DNA of 64,000 nt from Eledone cirrhosa (GCA_964016885.1 OZ024749.1:26722001-26786000); one strand, 5' to 3'. Counted from the first letter of the stretch, positions 38,715-54,965 are shown. The notes: generated from the sequence alone by a model not told the origin. Numbers and translations: made by a program.

Positions 38715-39580
38715 AAAGTTTGTCCTTCATCAGTGATCTTCCAACCATCATAGGCATTTCAGCGCTTTAAAGACCATATACCTCCGGTTGGTGCGAGCAA
38801 CGGCTAAAAAAAGTCGTTGGGACACGTAAATAAAGGGGACGCACCAACCGGAGATATATGGTCTTTAAAGCGATGAAATGCCTATGATGGTTGGAAGATC
38901 ACTGATGAAGGAGAAACTTTTTTATATGTAACCCATTTGCAACTCCGCAGTGCCCTTATTATCATATTTACACATATTTTTTCCTCTGCTGCCACCAGTC
39001 TTTTTCGTTATATGTATCTTTACCCTTTCTAGCAGCCTCTCTCTCTCTTAGCCTCTTCCTCACCCTTCCCTCACTCATTCTCTGTCACTACCTTTCCTCC
39101 TCCTCTTTCTTCCCGTTTGACCTGTGTGTAATTCTTTTCTCTCGCACGCTGGCCAAGCTGGTATGAATTTTTTCTCTCTCACGTCTACGATTTCACAGAA
39201 CTTATGTTTACCGAATTCGCAGACCAGACCCCTTCTTCCTCCCGTTAGACCTGTGCGAAATTCCTTCCTAGCTCACATTTCAACCAGGTTTGATGGTCTT
39301 TATTCTCTCGTTCACGATTTCACCGAATTTAAATTCATAGAAATCTGGGACTTGTCTCTTTCTTCCTCACTTTCTGTTGCTTCACCATTTTGTTTGTTTA
39401 CCCTCGCGTCCCCTTTATTTACGTGTCCCAACGACTTTTTTTAGCCGTTGCTCGCACCAACCGGAGGTATATGGTCTTTAAAACGATGAAATGCCTATGA
39501 TGGTTGGAAGATCACTGATGAAGGACAAACTTTTTTCATATGTAACCCATTTGCAACTCCGCAGCGCCCTTATTATCATA
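38708..39580. mobile_element. Family C repeat: inverted 5' segment plus partial tandem
   Basis: 38708-38842 is minus strand and switches to plus at cgc microhomology (ggggac-gcaccaacc). gatcactgatgaagg recurs at 38897 and 39510. Confidence 0.85.
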
Positions 39581-39677
39581 TATATATATATATAGTAATA
39601 ATAATGAAATTGAAGACTAAAATCCAGAGAGGGGTGAAAGCAGCGATTCTTTGCTTAAACTTTAATCTGTTATTTTA

Positions 39678-39845
<168 letters not shown>

Positions 39846-40519
39846 AAGTTATATTTAATTTGTTGGGATTCCAACAAACTTAAAAGTTTATAACTGATAT
39901 ATAGTACTCAAAAGTTTACTGGAGTAAATATTCAATATATTAATAAATGGAAACTATATTTATAAAACCATAATTATTTTATTATATATAGCAGTCTTGG
40001 TGTGCTTTCATCAGATAAAATACAAAATTTGTTTTATAAATAGTGACATAACCGTGGAAAACAACCTTGACGGTTGAAAATTCGCTGGATAGTGAAACAT
40101 TTTATTGAGGGTAATTCAAAGTTCTGTGTGAATATGCAAATGAATGTCCGAAAAATTGGAAAAAAAACAACCGTTTATTTAAATTACGCATTGGGCAGAA
40201 GAGAGAGAGAAAAAGAAGCGAGTGAAAAGAAAAGAAAATATTAGTATATGTAGAAGTATAGTGAAGAAATAAAGTGAAGAAAGAGCGATGAAAGAATCTT
40301 ATCCGAGGATGAGTTCATATAACGTAAATACGACGTCTTATATTTATGTTAGATATTTATGTTACGTATATTTACTAATAATTGTTAGAATTCAATAATA
40401 ATAAATATTTATTTACTATTATAAGTATATAGAAAATTAGATATATAGAAAAAATAAAGATATATTAAAAATAAAAAATAAAGATATAATAAAATATATT
40501 AAGATATATTAAAATATAT

Positions 40520-42137
40520 CAAAATATATTAAAATATATTAAAAATAGATTTAAATAAATATGAAGTAGAAGCATAGGATAAAATGTAGATATAAGGATA
40601 GATATATGAGTGGATAGATGGGTATATCATGTTATAGGTGATAAATTATGAGGGATACTGGTTTATATTTAGTGTAAATATTTAAATTAAATTAAATTAA
40701 ATTAAATTAACTGAGTCAATAAGATTACTTATATGTTTTAATGTTTTACATTTGAAAAATATTGAAAATCCCAGTTTTGTTTATTTATTAGTTAATTATG
40801 AGATAATTTTGACAAAGATATGTTTAAAGATATATTTAACCAGAGTTAGTTATTGGTTATAACTCTAATATTAAATAATTACAAAAATTTACAAAAATTT
40901 TTAAAATGATATGGAACTTAAAATCCAAAAATAGAGACTATTCTTTATCTTGGAATATAATTTCATAAGCACCTGCTTACAAAAACACAGCTTTATCCAA
41001 ATTTTGCAATTTGTGTGTTGAAGAAATTTTCTTAATACTTAAATGTAAGAACTCCATTAATTTACGTAACAATTTATTTAGTTCTTGTAAACAACGCCAA
41101 AACTCAACTTTTAGATCTATATATAAAATATAATTTACACGTTAAATCTTCTCTACATAATGTTTACTTTATCCAAACACCTATAATCTCATTTCTTAAA
41201 TGATATGCATATATGTTCATAAATTCTAAATCTTTAAATTTAAATTTAATGTAATTCTAATTTTAATATCTTCTTAAATATTTTACTTCTAAAATTTTTA
41301 CTTTTTAATATTTTTTATCTTTATTTATCTTACTTCCAAAATATCTCATAATCTTTTTAGAAAAATTAGTTAAATTTTTTTAAAAATTACTTATTTCAAA
41401 AAACTAGTTTTGGGGTCACCTTAATATTTTTAATATATTTTTTTATATTTTTCTAATATTTTTAAATATTTTTAGGTATTTTTAAATATTTCTTAATATT
41501 TCTTTATATTGAATAATTTTAGGTTTTAATTATATTTCCTGAATCATTTTAGGTTTTTAATTAATTTTAAACACTTTTTAAATGTTTTCAAAAGATTTTT
41601 GAGTATCTTCGGAGTCTTTTTGAGATTTTTTTTAAATCTCTTGGAAAGTTTTTCTAGGAATTTTCAAGCATTTTGTCTAGAAATGTTAATATTTTATAGT
41701 TTTAAGTTTTAAATGGTTTTAGTATTTTCTTATACTTTTAATTAATTTTTTAATTTTTTGTAAATGTTTGTAATTATTTAATATTAGAGTTATAACCAAT
41801 AAATAACTCTGGCTAAATATATCTTTAAACATATCTTTGTCAAAATTATCTCATAATTAACTAATAAATAAACAAAACTGGGATTTTCAATATTTTTCCA
41901 ATGTAAAACATTAAAACATATAAGTAATCTTATTGACTCAGTTAATTTAATTTAATTTAATTTAATTTAAATACTTACACTAAATATAAACTTGTATCCC
42001 TCATAATTTATCACCTATAACATGATATACCCATCTATCCACTCATATATCTATCCTTATATCTACATTTTATCCTATGCTTCTACTTCATATTTATTTT
42101 AATCTATTTTTAATATATTTTAATATATTTTAATATA
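40520..42137. repeat. Large AT-rich inverted repeat (~370-bp arms, ~880-bp spacer)
   Basis: 40520-40885 is the near-exact reverse complement of 41767-42137. Confidence 0.9.
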
Positions 42138-42138
42138 T

Positions 42139-42713
42139 AAGAAATAGGATTTCGCTTCAAGCATAGCTTTATACAATATGTATAAATATTTCGTATCTCC
42201 AAAGAAATACAGTATTAGGAAGCCTTATCTATGCAAACACCGGGGGGGGGGGCTAACGCCCTCTGGTGATGTCCAACAGAAGCAAGGGGGACAACCGTCT
42301 ACGCATTTCAGGCTTAACTGGCCTTCGTCAGGACGGTCCCTCCCACCGCTTGCGAATGCTGGACTAGAAGACAGCTAAGAATATATACTTTTCTTGTCTG
42401 TGTAAATGAGGTGATTAATCTCATTTGCATATGAAGCTGCATTACTTGGCTCAACTTATAATAAAAAAGAAATAGGATTTCGCTTCAAGCATAGCTTTAT
42501 ACAATATGTATTTCTTTGGAGATACGAAATATTTATACATATTATATAAAGCTATGCTTGAAGCGAAATCCTATTTCTTTTTTATTATAAGTTGAGCCAA
42601 CTTATGCAGCTTCATATGCAAATGAGATTAATCACCTCATTTACACAGACGAGAAAAGTATATATTCTCAGCTGTCCAGCAGTCGCAAGCGGTGGGAGGG
42701 ACCGTCCTGACGG
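42139..42713. mobile_element. ~330-bp unit, partial tandem plus inverted copy, carrying a hammerhead
   Basis: aagaaataggatttcgcttcaagc occurs at 42139 and 42468; an inverted copy spans 42508-42713. Confidence 0.82.
42294..42337 (-). ncRNA. Minimal type I hammerhead ribozyme
   Basis: accgtc-CTGACGA-aggc-cagttaa-gcct-GAAAT-GC-GTA-gacggt. 6-bp stem I, 4-bp stem II. Confidence 0.85.
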
Positions 42714-42730
42714 TTTCCATTTATTAATAT

Positions 42731-42778
<48 letters not shown>

Positions 42779-42893
42779 TGCCAAATTTACAAATCATTGT
42801 TAAACAGAATATATACTTTCTTTATTACATTTTTCTGCAAATAATTTCAATTTTCTTTTCTTTCAACCTTTTTTTTTTCTTTTTCTTTTTCAG

Positions 42894-43357
42894 AAGAAGA
42901 AGAGACGTGTCCGTTATTTAAAGCTCTTTCATTACGTTTCGGAAAATATTTCAACTTCGCTCGACTGGTAAAACCTTCTCCAGAAGATTTTGAACTTTTG
43001 GGAACCGGCAACGCATTCATCGATGTACCGTCTGTGTTAGTTATGGTGACTGATTCGTCAGACCCGACAAAGATACCGGAATTCAAAGCAATTCTTTACA
43101 CAAAGGACAGCTTTGGTGACATGAACTACCCCAACCTGTTACACTTCTTTTTCACCGTGAATCACCAGTTCCGATACACACTGCCTGGCATTGGTCAGTC
43201 TTTACAGAAAACTGCAGCCGACATGGAAGACATATTAGAAATTGAGAAGCGACGTTTCGATTCATTCCGTAACTTTGACACTTACCGTAACCCAGAAGAA
43301 GTCCAAAATTCACAGGAAATTCTTCAATTTGACGAAGTTTCTAAACAAGAACTATGA
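42894..43357 (+). CDS. Probable terminal exon of a host ER-luminal protein, possibly thioredoxin-like/PDI- or DnaJ-related
   Basis: Long polypyrimidine tract plus CAG at 42891-42893, then an open frame of normal complexity: EEETCPLFKALSLRFGKYFNFARLVKP...FDEVSKQEL*. KDEL-like C-terminus. Family assignment is tentative. Confidence 0.72.
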
Positions 43358-44085
43358 CGCTCAATGTTTAAAGAGAACAAAAATTGATGTTAATAATAAC
43401 CACTCAGATTTTCTTTAAATCTTTTTTCGTGGTTTCAATTCTTATTGAAAGATTCTTAAAAAAAAATTCTCATTTTTTTCTTCTATGTATTATTTCTAAG
43501 AATACTCTTTTTTTGTTTTTTAATCATTTTTTAACAAAATCATCATCATCATCATCATCTTTTTTTTTCTCATTCTTTAAATTCCCTTTATTAAAACTAT
43601 TTTTTTTTAAAAATCTATTTCTTATAATATTCGTGCATTCTTCTGTTTTGCCTGCAAATAATTTGTTTTAATTTCCACCACTGCCACTACACCACTCCAC
43701 ACCACCACACACTCCACACCACCACACCACACCAGCACACTACTACGACTCCGCTTCGAATTTTTTCAGAATTATTTCATATATTTTTAGCATTTTCAAG
43801 TTTTCCTCAATTACTTTCTCCTCTCTCTCCATCTTTACTTTCTCTCTCTCTCTCAACCGTCTATAATCTCTCTCTCTCTTTTTCTCTCCCTCTCTCAACC
43901 CATCTATATCCTCCCTCTCTCTCCCCATCTTTACTCTCTCTGTCTTTCTCTTTCTCTCTCAACCCATCTATACTCTCTCTGTTTCAACCCATCTATACTC
44001 TCTATTTCTTTCACTCTATCTATCTATCTATCTATTATATGTCTATCTCTTTCTCTCTTTCTCTCTCTTTCTCTCTCTTTCTCTC

Positions 44086-44120
<35 letters not shown>

Positions 44121-45262
44121 CTCTCTTTCTCTCTCTTTCCCTTTCCCTTTCTTTCTCTCTTTACTCTTGAAATCCCACAACCTCAAACGTTACTTTTTTC
44201 TTCGTCATTTTCGTTATATTTTCCCCTTCACGTGATCTTGAAATCTCCTTGAAATTCTCCTTCAATTTTCCTCACCAATTCTTTACAATACATTTATTAT
44301 AATTATTTTTTCTATGTTTCTTTTCTTCAAAGAGTTCTTTAAGTCTCCATGCCTTTTCATGTCATATCGTCATTTTCCCATACTCACAAATTCTCTGATC
44401 ACTGTCTGGATTGGCTGGAAAACGGCAAAAAGAATAAAAAATATAACGAAACCAAACCAATGACAATGACACAAAAAATACAGAAAATGAAAATTTAAAA
44501 AAAAAATGTTTATTTGTTGCTATTTCCTTATTAAAGTTTATAAAATTCATTTCTTTTGTTTTTCTGTTTATATTATATTTCTTTATTTTAACTCTTATTT
44601 TTTAAATGAAGAACCACATATGAGTTACCGAATAATTGTTTTTGAAAATCAAGCAAATGGCGCGTAACTTTTCCGTTAATATGTGATTGTGTAGAGACGA
44701 CGGCCTAATGGAGTTTTTCAAGGTTCAGAGTGAGCATACAGCTGAGATTTTTAGCTAAAATTTATAGCCACCTTCGAAACGTTTAACTTCAAAGTAATTG
44801 TAGAAAGAAGTCTGACATCTGCCAACTTCCTGGATAAAGTAGAAGAGTAGAACCAAATATACGATGAAACACAAAGAAATATTCTTCGGTTAATGATTAA
44901 CATTGAACAGAATAACACATCTTCATTAAGTGCATTAATGAGAAATATAACAATCGAATATATATATATTTCAAATTACAAAATAAGAGGAAATAATAGA
45001 CAAAAATATACCTATTTTTTCTTCAAAGTTCCGACTGCGCAATTTCGTTGATCCATATGCAACAATTGTGAATTATAGAAATCCACCATCATTGTGAGGC
45101 AAATCAGGTTTTCAAGAGACACCTAAGAGAAAAGGACTGTTTTCCCACACGCTTGTAGCAAATGAGAAAGTTTCTATAGGCGGATGGAGGAATTAACACG
45201 TGATACATCGGTCAGGAAATACACACAGGAAATACACACACACACATATATATATATATATA

Positions 45263-45338
45263 TTTCTGTCCGAGGTTCTCTTTCGCTCTCTGCTAGTTAG
45301 TCAACTAGCAGAGAACGAAAGAGAGCCTCGGACAGAAA
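45263..45338. repeat. ~35-bp-arm hairpin
   Basis: tttctgtccgaggttctctttcgctctctgctagtt / aactagcagagaacgaaagagagcctcggacagaaa. Confidence 0.85.
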
Positions 45339-46950
45339 CATGAACTTTCCTCTCTAAATATGTATGTAAAAACTAATTTTTCTTCTCCATTTTATTACTA
45401 TTCGTATAAATATGCAATTTAACTGCACTTTACACTTCCGTCGTTGAAAAAGCATATAAAGCTGAAACCCGTACCACGATTGAATGCGGAAATCCCCACT
45501 TTATAAATAAATGTATTTTTATCCTTTTCTCTATTTGTTTATATATATCAACTCGTGTGTCATTTTTCTACATTCCATATATATATATATATATATCAAG
45601 GATAAAAGTTCAGGTAAAGAAAGTTATTCCAACAATGTCTCTAGTATCTCGATCAGCAAAATAAGTCGAATCATTTCATTTCAGATATAATCTGTAAAAT
45701 ATTACGAATCGTACTTCAATCAAATCTAAAATCAACGGGTTTATATGAATGCAGAAGTAAAGAGCAGAGTGTATAGATGATAATTGTTTCTACTTTAGGC
45801 ATAAGGCCAGCAATTACCCAGTACATTACTGGTCCTTTATTTTATCGACCCCGTAAGGATGAAAGGCAAAGTTAACCTCGGCGGGATTTGAACTCAGACT
45901 GAATAATCTAGATGTAAAAATTAATCGTATGATAATTCCCAATCCCCTATTAATTTCACAAAGGTATTACATAAATGTGAATGTTCATACTGATAAGGAA
46001 CATAAATATATTTTCAGTATTTTACATAAGGGGAGATAATAACATCAATGTGGAAAATGGCGGGAGTAAAATAAACATCATTGATCCTTGTAGTATTTAT
46101 TAAATAAGATTCTATGCAATAAATTTATCATACATTTTCTAGTCACAAATTTATCTCCTATTTAAAATCATATCATAAGTAATATATATATTGAAATATA
46201 CACTAATGGGAATTTAAAAATTAAACATACATTATGTTATTCATCGCTGTATGTCAATATGGTGCTCTTGAGATTCCCTCGGGAGTTGCGTGTGCATGTT
46301 ACACCATATGTTATTCATGAGTAAAAATTCCAAATTAAGAAAATTACATTTACTTTGATTAAATACTCATTATGATTAAATAGTTCCTTGCACCAAACAT
46401 ATATTTTAAGATGCTTAGAGATAAATATTTAAAGCTGAATGAAAATTTAACTATATAAATATTAGGATGAAGGAATATTAAATACTATGAAATAATTATA
46501 ATAAACATTTCTTCTTCTTCTTCTTCTTCTTCTTCTTCTTCTTCTTCTTCTTCTTCTTCTTCTTCTTCTTCTTCTTCGTTTTCTTCTTTTTCTTCTTGGG
46601 TCGTCCTTCCAAGTGAAGCATAAATAAACACCTAAGATGTTAAAACAACTGTTATCTATAGATCTTCAATGGGGCTTATGACATATTGAAAATAAAAAGA
46701 AGGATCTACATACGCACACGGAATGAAGACACAAAATACTTCTTCTCACTTTTCCGATAAAAGATTCTCGAAAACGTTAAAAGACTTTTCTCTCAACGTT
46801 ATACGAACTTCCCAAAACATTTCATACTTAGCAATATTTGCCAGAGCCGACCACGATGAGTTTCCATGGCTTCTATTATTTTAAAATTATAAGATTATAA
46901 ATATGTATATATATATATATATGTGTGTGTGTGTATGGATGTGTATATAA

Positions 46951-46988
<38 letters not shown>

Positions 46989-47032
46989 ATGGATGTGTAT
47001 AAATATATATATATGTGTGTGTGTGTGTATCG

Positions 47033-47078
<46 letters not shown>

Positions 47079-47087
47079 ATCGATGTG

Positions 47088-47118
<31 letters not shown>

Positions 47119-47140
47119 ATGGATGTGTATATATATATAA

Positions 47141-47172
<32 letters not shown>

Positions 47173-47239
47173 ATATATATAAATATATATGTATGTATGT
47201 ATGTATATATATGTATATATACATATATATATATGTATG

Positions 47240-47270
<31 letters not shown>

Positions 47271-47546
47271 TGTGGTGCACCTGGGCACTGTACACAATAT
47301 TTCATTATTATTATTATTATTATTATTATATCATGACTCATACACTGTTCATTTGTACATTATTCTATGTACTATACATGCACCTTTGATGAGTTGTAGT
47401 GCACCTGAGCACTGTACACAATAATTTCATTATCATATAGGGCTACACACACAAACATAGTTACACATAGATACTATAATATACATACATGCACACACAC
47501 ACACATATATATATGTGTGTGTGTGTGTATATATACATACATACAT

Positions 47547-47615
<69 letters not shown>

Positions 47616-48042
47616 CTATAATATACATACATCCATACACACACATATATATATATATGTATATTTAGATATTGACTCTTAAGAAGGAAAACTCTGATAT
47701 AACACCTGCAACTCTGATGGTATCCAATGATGTTGACTTGTTCTTTTTGGTAAATATCATCTTGGTTAAGAGAGTGGGACTGGCTTTGTTCAGTGCCTTT
47801 GCTCACTATAAAAGCTTCACGGCACAGGCATTGCTTTATATCTGGAGATCTCTCTGCACTTGTCGTTACATGGTACCATGGGCCCAGCACTATGTGTCAA
47901 TAATTGTCACAAGTGTAGTGTTTGTACCAGAGTTTTCAAGTCGCTGGCTGTACTAAAAAGTCACACTTGTTCAGCGCATTGGTAGGAGTTCTCCTACATG
48001 GATATAAAGTAGTGGCCGTACTCGAAAACGAGTTGGCAGCCA

Positions 48043-48194
<152 letters not shown>

Positions 48195-48244
48195 CATACA
48201 TACATATATATATGTGTGTGTGTATGGATGGATGTATATTATAG

Positions 48245-48317
<73 letters not shown>

Positions 48318-48324
48318 ATGTATG

Positions 48325-48406
<82 letters not shown>

Positions 48407-48527
48407 AACACATACATATATGTGTGTGTGTGTGTGCATGTATGTATATTATAGTATCTATGTGCAACTATGTTTGTGCGTGTAGCTCTATGTGGTTCTT
48501 AGTGTATGTGTATGTGTGTATATCTAC

Positions 48528-48564
<37 letters not shown>

Positions 48565-48803
48565 CACACACACATATATATATATATATCCACTATATTT
48601 ATACGCATTTAAACACATTCACACATGCACCCATGTAGAAACACTTACATACACGCACACATTAACTTGCACAAATATACATACACACATATACACACCA
48701 TTCTAAATCTATTACACAATACCAATAAATTGAAATAAGATAACGTCCTATAATTGTTTCCCAGTTGGAAACTTCTGGAAATTTGTTATTATCATTGTTA
48801 TCG

Positions 48804-48856
<53 letters not shown>

Positions 48857-48980
48857 GTCGTCATCATCATCGTCATCATCATCATCAATTACTATTAGAT
48901 TCCGTTTACGGAGAATAATATTGGAGATTCTACTATACATTTATATGTGAGTGTGTATATATGTATATGTATAATGTGTA

Positions 48981-49119
<139 letters not shown>

Positions 49120-49123
49120 TATA

Positions 49124-49185
<62 letters not shown>

Positions 49186-49207
49186 ATTTATATATATATA
49201 TAATATA

Positions 49208-49257
<50 letters not shown>

Positions 49258-49279
49258 ATTTATATATATATATAATATA

Positions 49280-49361
<82 letters not shown>

Positions 49362-49962
49362 TTAAGTCGTTTGGAAGCCTCGACAATGCAAATGGGTAAA
49401 TCTCCGGGTAACAAGATCCGGTGGTGGAGAGAGAGATGTAAGTGGGTGTACGTTGAGATGCGTGGTGTGTATAAGATGTGTAGAGGAATGAAGGAAAGAG
49501 TATAAAGGATAAAATAAAAATAACAACACGAGAGAGAGTTACCTTGGGAGAGATTTCTATTGTCCCTATATATTTATAATATTTATAATATAATATATAT
49601 ATATACATATATGTGTGTATATATATGTGTATATATAAATATGTATGTATATATATATATGTGTGTGTGTGAGTCTGTATATATGTATATATATAATGTG
49701 TGTGTATATATATATATATATGTACACACATACACACACACATACATGTATTCCTCATAAATATCTATACATACATTTTTATACATATATATTCCTACAT
49801 AGATGTGTATATATACATTTTTATACACATTCATTCTCACATAGACGGCTATATCTACATTTTTATACATATGTATTCCCACATATATGTGTATATACAC
49901 ATTTTTATACATATGTATTACGATATATATGTGTATATATACATTTTTATACATAGGCATTA

Positions 49963-50044
<82 letters not shown>

Positions 50045-50188
50045 ATAATAATAAATGTGAAGTCTAAAATCCAAAGAGAGCGCGATAAGGATAAATATAT
50101 ATCAAATATATAAGAACCCTAGAGCAAATATTTATTAAAATAACAGATTAAAGTTTAAGCGATTCTTTGCTTAAACTTTAATCTGTTA

Positions 50189-50277
<89 letters not shown>

Positions 50278-50319
50278 CAAAATATTAATAAATGCAGACG
50301 TTCACATAATCAAAATATG

Positions 50320-50381
50320 TTTTATTATATATATTTCGGAGGTACTGTGCTGTTTTTTCAGTATGTCCTCATCAGATAAAA
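50320..50381 (-). ncRNA. Minimal hammerhead (family A)
   Basis: ttttat-CTGATGA-ggacatactg...cagtacctc-CGAAA-tatata-TA-ataaaa. Confidence 0.75.
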
Positions 50382-50441
50382 TACATAAATTGATGTACGA
50401 CATACCTCAACTGTCTTGATGGTTTAATTTCAGTCTTGGCA

Positions 50442-50479
<38 letters not shown>

Positions 50480-50484
50480 TGCCA

Positions 50485-50559
<75 letters not shown>

Positions 50560-50566
50560 ATATATT

Positions 50567-50611
<45 letters not shown>

Positions 50612-50949
50612 AGGGGAGAGAGTGTGAGATGTGCATGCATGTGTGAATGTATATAAATACGGGAGCACAGACCCACATACCTACACATCTTGGGCATTTT
50701 AAACCTTGCGGGGCCCAACCCTTACCAGGTATGAACACAGACGATTTCTTCCAGCAATAAAGTGAGGGGAAAATAACGAGATATATAGAAAGGACCAACC
50801 CCTATACTCATCTGGGACTTTAGTTATCGATCTCGAAACGGTGAAAGGTAAAAATTGACCTCGGTGGTGTTTGAAGTCGGAACAAATATCGTGTTCCTAT
50901 CGTATTTGCCAATTCATGGCACCATAGACATACCCTACATACATACATA

Positions 50950-51003
<54 letters not shown>

Positions 51004-51070
51004 AGGTGAAACTTGAACCCGTTAATGTCTCATTCCTGGATATGTCAATATTTATAAAACAAACTTTATA

Positions 51071-51118
51071 TTTTATCTGATGAGACGTTTTGGTACCCTT
51101 GAAATGTATATAATAGAA
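51071..51118 (+). ncRNA. Family A hammerhead with a deleted stem II
   Basis: ttttat-CTGATGA-gacgttttggtaccct-TGAAA-tgtata-TA-atagaa. Confidence 0.5.
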
Positions 51119-51163
51119 TAAATATGGTTTTATAAATATAGTTTCCAATTATTAATATCATTG

Positions 51164-51194
<31 letters not shown>

Positions 51195-51305
51195 AATGTA
51201 AAAGAACAAAGGAACTATTATGACATTATAACAAGCTACCGTCGCATATTTGGTAGGTCAGACGTGATCATCGCGATTCACATACGACCTACCATACATT
51301 TTGCT

Positions 51306-51535
<230 letters not shown>

Positions 51536-51995
51536 TTACATACAAAGTTTTAGATGTCATGTTTGAGATAATCTCGAACATTTGTCTTGTCGCCCAAAAT
51601 CAGCTCAAAGAAAAAATTCAAAGGATAAATCCCAGCATTTTATCATTACAAAATAGTGTATGACATATATACACCTATGAATATCCAATGATATAAAGGT
51701 ACAATAGAAGATATCAAACCTTAACAAGAGACAATCTGTGTAGAATATAAGAATACATAGTTCGTTACAGCAACATATTAAAATTTAACAAAAATTCAAA
51801 ATTATAGATACCTGATAAAAATTATATATATTCCCCTCATATGTAACCTGAAGGATACATAAGAGAGAAATATATATGATTTTTATCATTCTATACAGAT
51901 TGTCTCTTGTTAAAGGTTCCATATGTCCTATTGTACATTTATATCATTAGATATTTATGTATGTATATATGTCATTCACTATTTTGTAATGATAT

Positions 51996-52058
<63 letters not shown>

Positions 52059-52263
52059 AACGAGTAGGACCCCGACGGCTGAGCTCAAGCCGTTTCGACG
52101 GCTAATTCTGGACTAAAAAAAAAAAAAATCCAGAATTAGCCGTCGAAACAGCTTGAGCTCAGCCGTCGGGGTCCTACTCGTTCCTATTACCCACTCTACT
52201 ACCCTAAGTATTGAGTACTTTGGTGTGTTATGGTCCACCTGGTTCCTTACCACATTTCCTTCG

Positions 52264-52312
<49 letters not shown>

Positions 52313-52482
52313 ACACACTCACACACACATATATATATATATATATATCCTCAGCTAGTATATATATATAGTTGACTCTATATAGAGAGAGAGAGAATGA
52401 GAAAATGCGAAGTAGTTTCAGATGTTAAAGTCCTTTATTGGTAATGCTGTGATATATATATATGCATATATATATATCTGTG

Positions 52483-52586
<104 letters not shown>

Positions 52587-52707
52587 CATATATATGTGTG
52601 TGTATATATATATATATATATGCAAAAGTTTTATTTAAGATTGTTGGGTTACAACGAGTAAATATTTTATAACTGATATAAAAACACTCAACAGTTTCTG
52701 GAGTAGG

Positions 52708-53088
52708 TTTACGATATTAAACAAATGGAAACTATATGTATATTTATAAAACCATATTTATTTCGTTATATATATTTCTGGGATATCATATTAAAAATAT
52801 GTTATGCCTTCCTCAAACAAAATACAATATATAAGCTGTTTTATAAATAGTTAGTGACATACCTTGTGATAATGCAACTTCCTTTTAAAAAAGTTGATTT
52901 AAAAAACTTTTTAAAAGGAAGTTGCATTATCACAAGGTATGTCACTAACTATTTATAAAACAGCTTATGTATTGTATTTTGTCTGAGGAAGGCATAACAT
53001 ATTTTTAATATGATATCCCAGAAATATATATAACGAAATAAATATGGTTTTATAAATATAAATATAGTTTCCATTTGTTTAATATCGT
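52708..53088. mobile_element. Fold-back pair of family A units (~180-bp arms)
   Basis: 52708-52893 is the reverse complement of 52905-53088. Confidence 0.88.
52977..53038 (+). ncRNA. Minimal hammerhead (family A variant)
   Basis: ttttgt-CTGAGGA-aggcataacatatt...aatatgatatccca-GAAA-tatata-TA-acgaaa. The mirror copy has TTGAGGA. Confidence 0.68.
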
Positions 53089-53328
53089 ATATATATATGT
53101 ATATATATATATATATGCTATATTTACTATATCTATACGAATATATCAATGTAGAAATCCAACATATCTGTTTATGGTTTGAGATATGTTGCTTTTATAG
53201 TCTTTATATAACCTTAGTTAACTTACACATAACTGATTAATCAACGGACATCTAAATAGTATTTTTGTCTATGTTGACTATGCGGAATGACCAGTTCTAT
53301 CCAGTGGTGAACCACCAAACCTAAATGC

Positions 53329-53369
<41 letters not shown>

Positions 53370-53406
53370 CATATACTTATTTTATATAAAACTGATCTAT
53401 ATTATA

Positions 53407-53467
53407 TTTTATCTGATGAAAGCGCACCATAATCTGCTTTGGTGTCCTTGAAATATGTATAATGAAA
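53407..53467 (+). ncRNA. Minimal hammerhead (family A)
   Basis: ttttat-CTGATGA-aagcgcacca...tggtgtcct-TGAAA-tatgta-TA-atgaaa. Confidence 0.72.
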
Positions 53468-53518
53468 TAAATATGGTTTTATAAATATAGTTTTCCATTT
53501 ATTAATATCGTATATATA

Positions 53519-53671
<153 letters not shown>

Positions 53672-53854
53672 ACTGATTAATCAACGGACAGGTAAATAGA
53701 TATTTTTGTCTTGGTATTATGGATAGATAATATACAGTATATTTTATTGAATGTTGTAAATATATCCATTTTAGTATTACAGTAAGAGTTTGAATGTTGA
53801 TAAGTCTTTTCTGTCCTTTTATCAACACATTTATTTTTAAATCTTCTGTTTCCA

Positions 53855-53961
<107 letters not shown>

Positions 53962-54063
53962 TCTCTCTCCCTCTCTCTCTCTCTCTCTCACTCTATGACT
54001 CTCTATTTACCTCTACCTCTCACTTCCCTTCTCTCTTTCTCTCTCCCTCTCTCTCTCTCTCTG

Positions 54064-54360
<297 letters not shown>

Positions 54361-54429
54361 CCAAACGGAACCTGAACCGATAAGGTCTGGTTTCTGGGGT
54401 ATGTCACTATTCATAAAACAAATTTTGTA

Positions 54430-54487
54430 TTTTATCTGATGAGAGCGTACCAAAGTGTTTGGTACCCTTGAAATATATATAATAAAA
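54430..54487 (+). ncRNA. Minimal hammerhead (family A)
   Basis: ttttat-CTGATGA-gagcgtaccaa-agtgt-ttggtaccctt-GAAA-tatata-TA-ataaaa. Confidence 0.8.
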
Positions 54488-54532
54488 TAAATATGGTTTT
54501 ATAAATATAGTTTCCATTTATTAATATCATTG

Positions 54533-54965
<433 letters not shown>

